A stretch of DNA of 64,000 nt from Alphaproteobacteria bacterium (GTDB lineage Bacteria > Pseudomonadota > Alphaproteobacteria > SP197), in contig OZ219918.1 of the NCBI GenBank assembly GCA_964291415.2, positions 1,252,672-1,316,671 of the forward strand, read 5' to 3'. Made by a program: the position numbers and the translations under genes. Below, piece after piece: positions 1 through 8,400 of this stretch. The notes under the pieces were generated by a model that did no database searches, had not been told where the DNA came from, and worked only from the letters and a program-made list of their open reading frames with translations. Numbering within the stretch: the stretch's first letter is position 1; every line of letters starts with the position of its first letter.

Positions 1-226
1 TGGTCGCCACGGATCGCGATGCCGCGCCAGCTCCTGCCGGTCTCGGCCCGGCACCAGGACAAGCCGCAGCCGCCGATGTCGCAGCCGGCCGCGGCGTGAT
101 CGTAGGTCGGAACCCTGCGAGGGCTTCACCTCGGTCACGTGGTGGCTCGCAGGGTGCAGCCCGGCAACCGTCGGTTGCGGTCGGTGCGGCCGATCCGATA
201 GGCTCTTGCGACGAGGGAGCGAGGCG

Positions 227-1816
227 ATGGCCCATCTCGATGCCGTGGTCGTGGGGGCCGGCTTTTCCGGTCTCTACATGATGCATCTGCTGCGTCAGCG
301 GGGCCTCTCGGCGCTCGGCATCGAAGCCGGCCGCGATGTCGGCGGCACGTGGTACTGGAACCGCTATCCCGGTGCCCGATGCGACAGCGAGAGCCTGAGC
401 TATTCCTACTCCTTCGTGCCCGAGATCGACCTCGACTGGCACTGGCCGGAGCGCTACTCCGAGCAGCCCGAGATTCTCGCGTACATCGACCATGTCGCCA
501 CCCGGCTCGACCTGCGACGCAGCTTCGTCTTCGAAACCCGGGTGACGACGGCCACCTACGACGAGGCGCGCGATCTCTGGACGGTCGGCACGGACCGGGG
601 CGATTGTCTCACGGCGCGCTTCCTCGTCATGGCGACAGGGTGCCTGTCGATCCCGAACAGACCGGCAATCGACGGCATCGAACGCTTCCGCGGCGAGTCC
701 CTGCACACCGGCCTGTGGCCCCACGACGGCGTCGACTTCACGGGCCGCCGAGTTGCCGTCATCGGCACCGGCTCGACCGCGATCCAGTCGGTTCCGAAGA
801 TCGCCGGGCAGGCCCGCGAGCTCTTCGTCTTCCAGCGCACGGCCAACCATTGCGTTCCGGCGCAAAATCACCCCATGGATCCCGAGGCCGAGCGCGCCTA
901 CAAGGCACGCTACGACGCGCTTCGCGAACAGGCGCGACACTCGTTTGCCGGTGACGTGGTGCCCGAACTCTACATCACCATCATGGATCTCTCCGATGAG
1001 GAGCTCGAACGCGAACTCGACCGGACATGGGCTCAAGGCGGGTTCTACACCCAGTATCCCTACATCGATCTCTTCACGGTCGGCGCGGCGAACGAGCGGG
1101 TGGCAGCCTACTCCCGCGCGCGCATCCGCGAGCGCGTGAACGATCCTGGCACCGCGGCGCTGCTGTGCGCCAGGGACCATCCGTTCGGGACCAAGCGCCT
1201 GTGCGCCGACACCTTCTACTTCGAGACCTTCAACGAGGACCACGTCCGTCTCGTCGACCTGCGCGCCACGCCGATCCGGGCGATCGACGAGAGCGGCATC
1301 GCCACGAGCGAGAGACACTACGAGGTGGACGCCATCGTCTATGCCACGGGCTTCGACGCCATGACCGGGGCGCTCACCGCCGTCGACATCCGCGGACGCG
1401 AGGGCGCGCGGCTCCGCGACGTGTGGGCGGGCGGCCCTGTCAACTTCCTCGGCCTGACGGTCGCGGGGTTTCCCAATCTCTTCACCGTCACCGGCCCCGG
1501 CAGTCCGTCGGTGCTGTGCAACATGGTCTCGGCGATCGAGCAGCACGTCGAGTGGATCGACCGCTGCCTCGACTGGATGGGGGCAAGGGGCGCCACGTGC
1601 ATCGAGGCCACCGCCGAGGCCCAGGCCGCATGGGTGGACGAGGTCAACGTCGCCGCCCACGCGACGCTCTTTCCCGAGGCCAACTCCTGGTACATGGGCG
1701 CCAACATCCCGGGCAAGGCCCGTGTCTTCCTGCCCTATGTCGACGGTCTCAAGACCTACCGCGACCGGTGCGACGCGGTGGCGGGCGACGGCTACGCCGG
1801 GTTCGTCGTCTCGTAA
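227..1816 (+). CDS. Baeyer-Villiger monooxygenase (cyclohexanone/phenylacetone monooxygenase family)
   Basis: Rossmann motifs GAGFSG and GTGSTA, GGTWYWNRYPG, BVMO fingerprint FRGESLHTGLW (FxGxxxHxxxW), ATG/ATGF motifs. ATG at 227 follows GAGG. Confidence 0.95.
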   Translation: MAHLDAVVVGAGFSGLYMMHLLRQRGLSALGIEAGRDVGGTWYWNRYPGARCDSESLSYSYSFVPEIDLDWHWPERYSEQPEILAYIDHVATRLDLRRSFVFETRVTTATYDEARDLWTVGTDRGDCLTARFLVMATGCLSIPNRPAIDGIERFRGESLHTGLWPHDGVDFTGRRVAVIGTGSTAIQSVPKIAGQARELFVFQRTANHCVPAQNHPMDPEAERAYKARYDALREQARHSFAGDVVPELYITIMDLSDEELERELDRTWAQGGFYTQYPYIDLFTVGAANERVAAYSRARIRERVNDPGTAALLCARDHPFGTKRLCADTFYFETFNEDHVRLVDLRATPIRAIDESGIATSERHYEVDAIVYATGFDAMTGALTAVDIRGREGARLRDVWAGGPVNFLGLTVAGFPNLFTVTGPGSPSVLCNMVSAIEQHVEWIDRCLDWMGARGATCIEATAEAQAAWVDEVNVAAHATLFPEANSWYMGANIPGKARVFLPYVDGLKTYRDRCDAVAGDGYAGFVVS

Positions 1817-1991
1817 GCCTCCGGCGCGGCAAGGCCGGGCTCCGACGCTTGCTGCAAGGGTGCCGCGGTCCGGCCCGGACGGGTCGAGCGCGTCGCGCGG
1901 CAGGCCACCGGTACGGGGTCGCACCACGCCCAGCAGGGCCAGCCGCGCGGCCCGCGGCATCGCCGCATAGCGGCGGCCCCGGCCAGCGGCG

Positions 1992-2945
1992 TTACGCCAC
2001 GATCAGTTCGTGCTGAACCCGGCTCAGCCAGCGGGCCTGGGTTTCTGTGAAGGCCATCGTGTCGATCAGGATCGAGTAGCCTTCGAGATGCGGCAGGAAG
2101 AACTGGCTTTCGTGGTTCACCACGCGGCCGGGTGCAAAGACCTGATCGTCGTCATGGAGCGTGTCGGCGTCGTAGTGGAAGTCGCCCACCCAATCGGGCG
2201 GAAAGGCGATGCCGAGCTCGTAGCCGCCGATCCAGCCGCGGTTCTCGTAGATTCCGACGTCCTTGTAATACTTGACGATCGTGTCGTTGAGCTCCTTGAC
2301 CGGGAGGTTGGGTCTGAGGATTCCCTCAAGAGCCTTGTAGACGCCGGCGGAGAGGTTGATCCGTTCTACCGCGTCCGGGTGGGGCTCGCCGATCGAGAAG
2401 CTGCGGGCCTGATCGACGTGGTAGCGGTTGAAGACGCCGCAGACGTCGAGGAACACGACCTCGCCGACTGCGATCTGCTTGCGCGAGGCCATGCCGTGAC
2501 CGGTGACCGCCTTCACGCCCGACGTCACCAGCATCGGGATCGCCTGGTTCTCGCCGCCGGCACGGGTCATGGCGGCCGTGGTCTCGCCCCAGAGCTCGAG
2601 TTCGGTGATGCCCGGCCGCAGGGTTTCGCGCGCGGCCTCGAGGCCGATGTCGGCGATACGGGCGGCCTTCTCGACGCAGACCATCTCGGCGGGCGACTTG
2701 AAGCTGCGCACCTCGCGGACGATCTCGGTGCCGTCGACCACGGTGCAGCCCTTGGCCTCCAGGGCCGCCTGGCATCGCTCGCTGACCCGCCGGTTGGGCC
2801 GATAGCTTCCCATCTCGAGACCCACGGTGCCGCCGGTCCAGCCCGATGACGCCAGTTCGTCGGCGACAAAGGCAAAAGCCGTGTCCGCGTCCTGGGGGCC
2901 ACTGTAGAGACGGACATCCTCGGCGACGGTGTACACAGAAGACGG
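1992..2945 (-). pseudogene. M24 (Xaa-Pro peptidase/creatinase-like) family protein, 5'-truncated
   Basis: R-x-x-KSPAE linker, LRPGITELEL, D-x-x-G-x-x-x-x-Y-x-x-D-x-x-R pita-bread fold motif. The N-terminal domain is short and lacks a convincing start; the sequence turns AT-richer at ~2950. Confidence 0.7.
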
Positions 2946-3170
2946 GTCGCGTACGCGCAACCCTTACTGAAACTCCAACCCGTTCTCTCTCCAATTACGA
3001 CGCCATTACAGCACGATAGGAGCAATGTCAAGACCGGTCGGAAACGCCATACTGACAACTTATGTCGTTATTCAGTCGCAAAACTGTTGCGCTCGGGGAA
3101 CTAAAGGGAAAACCCACAAGCCGCTAATACGGTACGTAAGAATGCTCCACAGTGGCCGTTTTCGCGGACA

Positions 3171-3198
3171 TTGACACGACATAAACACAACGTAGCCT
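3171..3198 (+). promoter_or_regulatory. candidate sigma70 promoter for the RHH operon
   Basis: TTGACA-16 nt-TAGCCT about 90 bp upstream of ATG 3290. Confidence 0.4.
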
Positions 3199-3289
3199 AG
3201 GCACGCCGGAGGCCATAGGAGAAACTCCGAAGGATGTTTCACACGACAAGGGGGAACCATTCCATGCATATGTTGCAAGCGCTGAACCG

Positions 3290-3628
3290 ATGACGGCATC
3301 TAGTCGCCGGCAGCGCGCCGTCATGGCGACCGATTCGGAGTGGGAGCGGATCACCCGCGCCGCCCAGGCGGCCGGCATGGATCTGTCGCGCTTCGTCATC
3401 CACCAGACACTCAATCGCGCTGCCCTGCCGGCGGAGGTCCTGCGCCGTACGGTGAGGGAGACGCTCATCCTCTCTCGCCTGGAGGAACGCCGACTGCGCG
3501 AGGCGGGCGCCGGCGGGGCCTGGGAGGATGCCGCCGCGGCGGTCGACGACTGGCTGGTCCGGGAAGGTGTCCTGGCGCATCTCACGGATCCGGGAGCGGC
3601 CAACCGCTGGAAGGCATCGGGTCCGTGA
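3290..3628 (+). CDS. MobC-like ribbon-helix-helix protein 1
   Basis: QRAVMATDSEWERITRAAQAAGMDLSRFV fits the RHH strand-helix-G-x-x-x-S-helix pattern. Confidence 0.65.
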   Translation: MTASSRRQRAVMATDSEWERITRAAQAAGMDLSRFVIHQTLNRAALPAEVLRRTVRETLILSRLEERRLREAGAGGAWEDAAAAVDDWLVREGVLAHLTDPGAANRWKASGP

Positions 3629-3915
3629 CCCCGGATCTCAAACGCCAGCGCACCGTGCACTGCGCGCCGGAGGACCAGGCGCTGATCCGCGAACAGGCGG
3701 CCAAGGCCGGCACGACGATCTCCGGCTATCTTATCGACCTGGTCCACAACGACGACCCAATGATCCATTCCCTCGTGCTCTCGCCCGACCAGCAGAGGGA
3801 GGTGCTGGCCGCCGCCCGCCAGGTGAACGGCATCGTCCATGCGCTCAACGAGGAGCTCCCCGGCACCGGCGGCCCCGGCATCTTCGCCGCCCTGGCGCTG
3901 ATGGCAGATAAGTGA
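3625..3915 (+). CDS. MobC-like ribbon-helix-helix protein 2
   Basis: GTG start overlaps the previous stop (GTGA). QRTVHCAPEDQALIREQAAKAGTTISGYL RHH pattern. Confidence 0.65.
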   Translation: MTPDLKRQRTVHCAPEDQALIREQAAKAGTTISGYLIDLVHNDDPMIHSLVLSPDQQREVLAAARQVNGIVHALNEELPGTGGPGIFAALALMADK

Positions 3916-4403
3916 TGCGGACCCGCCGCCGGCGCCGTACCAAGAGCAGGGCGCCGCCGAAGCACCTGACCATCTCGGCTACCGATGCCGAGTGGGAGAC
4001 GATCCGGTACTTTGCGGAACTGAAGGGTCTCTCGATCGCGCGCTATCTCGTAGACCTGGCGCGCCGCGACGCGGCAGGCCACAACGACGGCCCGCCGCTG
4101 GTGCTGGACGACGAGGAGCAGGTGGAGATTCTCGAACGGCTCCGGGAGGCGCCAACCCTCCTCGACACCGCCGGCGAGGCGAAGTCGCTGATTGCCGACA
4201 TGCAGGCGCGGATCGCGGCGATGTTCACGCTGTGGGCGCGCGACAGGATTGATCGTGGCCGCGGAGACGAGCTCCGCGAGGAGCTCGCCCGAATCGTCGG
4301 CGAGGAGCAGACCGCTACCGTCATGGCGTCTATCGGCGGGAGCCGGCCGCGACGGCAGCGCCGCGCGGCAGACGACGAACCCGAACTGGATCTCTTTTCC
4401 TGA
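3912..4403 (+). CDS. MobC-like ribbon-helix-helix protein 3
   Basis: Overlapping start/stop. HLTISATDAEWETIRYFAELKGLSIARYL RHH pattern with a helical C-terminus. Confidence 0.65.
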   Translation: MMRTRRRRRTKSRAPPKHLTISATDAEWETIRYFAELKGLSIARYLVDLARRDAAGHNDGPPLVLDDEEQVEILERLREAPTLLDTAGEAKSLIADMQARIAAMFTLWARDRIDRGRGDELREELARIVGEEQTATVMASIGGSRPRRQRRAADDEPELDLFS

Positions 4404-4586
4404 AGCCGCGCCGCAGGGATCCGGTTTGTCGACGGTATCCCGGAGTGCGGCCCCTGGCACGAGGTATCGACGGTCCGGTTGGACTCGCCCCGCCTTCGGG
4501 GAAGGCGAACCCGTCTGCGCCGCTTCGAATGCGGCGCCAGCAAGCCGGGCAAGAGACCATCCACGGTCACCCTGCGACCGCCGCTC

Positions 4587-5242
4587 TCACTGAGCGTATC
4601 CTTCTCCCGATCGGGCGCGGCCTTTCTGCGACGTTCGCGGCCCCGGCAGGAGCCCGGCGGGACAGAAGCGCTCGGGGATCACGCAGCCGCCGATCTCGTC
4701 AGCCATCTCCCTCAGCATGCATTCCTCATCCTCCAGGCGCTGAAGCTCCAAAGGACAGCCGCGGACACGGGCCTCCGCCAGGCGTTCGCATGTGGCGTCT
4801 TCCGCCTCCATGGCGGGAAAGCACGCGCCCATGCCCTGTGGCAGACTCGTGTCCTTCGTGACCGCCGTCCACGTGCCGTCTGCACGGCTCACCGGATCGA
4901 TGCCCCAGTAGTCGTTCAGCCGGGCCCGATGCGCCTTCTCCACCTCCTCAAGGCGCTCGGCCTCCCGGTCGTCACCGGCATCGCGTGCTTCTTCCCGGCG
5001 CTTCATCGTGGAGAAGACGTCATCGACCATTTTCGTCAGCGCCGTCCGCACCCGTCCAGGCGCCTCGAAGCGGCGGATCGTGTCAACGGCGACCGCAAGG
5101 CGGTACACTTCTGTCTCCAGCAACTCCAATGGCCTTTCGAGGAGACGGACCTCCTCGTGACGTCCGGCATCCCAGGCGTCGCGATAGCGGCCCGGAGGTC
5201 GTGCAGCTGCGCGTACATGATTTCCAGGCGGCGGGTGGACAT
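4587..5242 (-). CDS. hypothetical helical protein, apparently frameshifted near 5155
   Basis: MSTRRLEIMYAQLHDLRAAIATPGMPDV (start 5242) continues naturally in another frame as EEVRLLERPLELLETEVYRLAV. Confidence 0.45.
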
Positions 5243-5417
5243 GCCTGGCCCCGCGGTGTGGGTCGTCGGAGCGACAGCCTACCACGGCTGCAGGCCCTGT
5301 TCGAAGGGAAGGATGGCGCGAAGCCATCACGTGACACCCGTCGAGAGCCTGGCCCCGAAGCCCGGTCCGGGCCGCACCGAAGGACCGATTGCGGCTCCGT
5401 GACCTCCAGCCTCGGGG

Positions 5418-8400
5418 CTACATCGAGAAGCCCCGCGATCGTCCCCGCCGCCGGGCCTCGCTCTCGCGGAGAGCCTCGGCCATCCGTTCGGACCGCTCAT
5501 CCTCGTCCTCCCAGGGCGCGCGGACGCATCCGCGCATGAAGAGGGCCCGCATCTCCTGGCGGACCGTCGAACCGGCCGCGGGCGCCGCGTCCGTCCCCCA
5601 GGAGCGGATCACCCGCAGCGTCACCATGTCGGAGACCCGGTTGTTGATGGCGGGCTCGACGGCCTCGACGACGGCCTCGATGAGGGGCGTGTCGCCCCCC
5701 CTGGCGTCACGCCCGCCCGCCGGATCGCGTACCAACGTCCAGCGGACGCGGTCGCCCGGGAGGACCCCGTCCTCGCAGGTGAGCGGGAAGGACGCATCGG
5801 CCTCAGGGTACTGGCGCCCGCATTCGCGCCGCCGCACCTCCTCGTCGGGCCACAGCATGCGCCGGCAGGTGGCGTTGGCGGCAAGGGTCCTGATCGTCTC
5901 GTTGAAGAGGACGCGCGTTTCAATGCCGCCGACGGGCCGCAGGCGCAGGTGATCGATCGTGCCGGGACCGGAGACGTGGCCCACGATCTCGACGAGAGTG
6001 TCGTGCCGGCCCTCGCCGTCGCGCCAGGTCAGCCGGTCGCCGCGCAGCAGCGGTTCGGTGCCGTCCCAGCGGATGCTGCGCGACGTGTCGAACGGCGCGT
6101 CGCGCAGTCGCCGCACGGCGTCGTCAATCGCGAGAAGATGGCCGCTGCGGCGGCGCGCCTCGCGCACCGCGTCGTCGTCGGCTAGGCGCCCGCGGAGCGC
6201 CTCCAGGATACCGGCGATGCGCTCGGGCCCGGCGCCGGCCGCGCGGACGTGCGCCTCTGCCAGGGCATCCGCCGTCCCGGCGTTCAGCAGGGCCTCGGCC
6301 CGGCGGCGCCAGACGTCGGGAATGGGCCCGGCCCCCTCGAGGCGGGGTTCGAGCGCCAGCGCCTCGGCGACGATCCCGGCCACCCGGCGCCGGTCTCCGT
6401 CCCAGCCCTCGATGGCGTTGCGCCACCCGATGACCTTGGTCCGTTCGTCCGCGCTCAGGCGCGGATCGTCGCCGAGCTGACCCAGAGCCGTGCGCAGCGG
6501 CGCCAGGTGGACTGAATCGAGAGCATGGACGCCATTCTCCCGCACGTCCCGGTCGAGGGCGTGCGACCGCCTCACGAAGACCCTGCGGCTGTCGTCGAGG
6601 AGCGCCGCGTCGAGCCGCGCCGCCGTGTCCTGGACGGCCTCCACCGCACCCGCCATGTCGCCGGCAGGGAGGCCCGAGGCGCGCCACGCCCCGGGCAGGG
6701 CCCGGCCTTCGGCGATGAGCGCCGCAACGTCGCGGCGCCAGCCGGGATCACCGGGTTCCGGCGCCGCAGTGTCGTGCCGGTCGACGCGCTGCCGCCAGAC
6801 CGCGAGCGCCTCGAGGGCGGCGACCGTTGCCAGCCAGGAGGGAACGGCAGCGATTCGTTGTTCAAGAGCGGCGGCGGTCTCGCCGAGTGCAGTGAGGTGC
6901 GCGTTGCGTTCGCTGTCGGGGATGGCATCCACCGCCGCCGCGACCGTCCGGGCAGCGGCGGGAGCCGCGGCGCGCCAGGCCGCGCGGTCCGACTCCCGGC
7001 CATCGGCGAACCGGGGCCGGTTCGCCTCAATCTCCGCGAGGCGGGCGAGGGCGGCGCGGAGACGTTCGCGGTCTTGCTGCCGCCGTGCGTCGCTGACGAG
7101 ATGCGCGGCGAGGACTTCCAGGACCGGCGTACCGCCGGCCTCGCGCTCGACCGTGCCCCGGACCTCGTCCAGGAGACCCGGCCAGCCGGGCATGTCGAGA
7201 GACAGCAGGGCCCGTTCCGCCGCCTGCCGTTCGGTCTCCTCGACTCGCCAGAGCAGTGCGCCGTGGTCAACCGCGCGCATCGCGGCGGCGGTTCGCCCGA
7301 GAGCCTCCTCGATCGCCGCCCGCGTCTTCGGCATGGACCGCAGGAAGGGAGCTTCGGGCGTCTCGCCCGTCAGCACCGCGCGGGCCTCCCGCATCCAGGC
7401 GTCCGCCTCGTCGCGCCAGCTGACGATCTCCGCGGCCGCCGGATCGGTTGAGGAGTCGCCCGGGGCCTGCGCCAGCAGTGCCTCGGCGCGCGCCGTCAGG
7501 GACTCGAGCCTGGCGACAAGCGCGGTCTCGGCCGCGTGTCGGGCCTGCCACGACGCCACCTGTCGTGCGTCCTCGCCGGTCAGGCTTCCGGCATCGGCAA
7601 GCCGCTCGCCCTCCGACACCAGCTGCGCGTAGCCTGCCAGGGCGGCGACCGGCACGCCTTCGGCGTCCGCGCGAGCCTCCAACGCCCGCCAGTCGCGGGC
7701 GAAGCGCCGGGCGTCGTCGATGAGCCGCACTGCCCTGAGGCGCCGGCCGGCATTCGCAAGCGCCGTTCCGTCGGCGACGCTCCGCGCCGCCGCCTCCAGC
7801 AGCGCCGCCCCGCCCTCGCGCCACTGCCGCCACGCCGGCAACTCGTCGGCGGCGCAGGCCTTGGCCGACGCCGCCCAGTTGAGCTCCGGCCAGCGCCGGG
7901 CGTGGTCCAGGAGACCGTCGACAAGGCGGCGGACCTCGCGGTCGGCCGCGCGGACGGCTTCGTGCTCGTGAAGGCGCGCGTCGACGAAGGCCCGCATCTC
8001 GTGCGGCAGGTCCTCGATCGCCGCGAAGGCCGCCAGCCCTGCCATCGCCTCGGCGTAGCCCGGGACCGACGAGGGTTCGCGCCCGGTGCGCTCGGCCTGG
8101 TGGTGGACCGCCTCCCAGGCGGCGACGGCGTCGGCCCACGCGTCTGGGTCGACCACCGGAGCGTCGAAGTCCTCGCCCAGCGCCTCGAGGGCGACGTCGG
8201 GGACGTCGGGTGAGGTCTCCAGGCGCTCGATCAGCGCCTCGCGGTCGTCGGTCAGCAGCGTGAACCCGTGCGAGGCCCGGCTCACCTCGACGTAGAACAT
8301 CTCCTGGTCCGCCATGCCGCCGGCGTCGAGCACCGCGATGACTTTCTTCGCCGTTCGCCCCTGGGCGGCGTGAACGGTGGAGCTCCAGGCGTGGTCGAGG

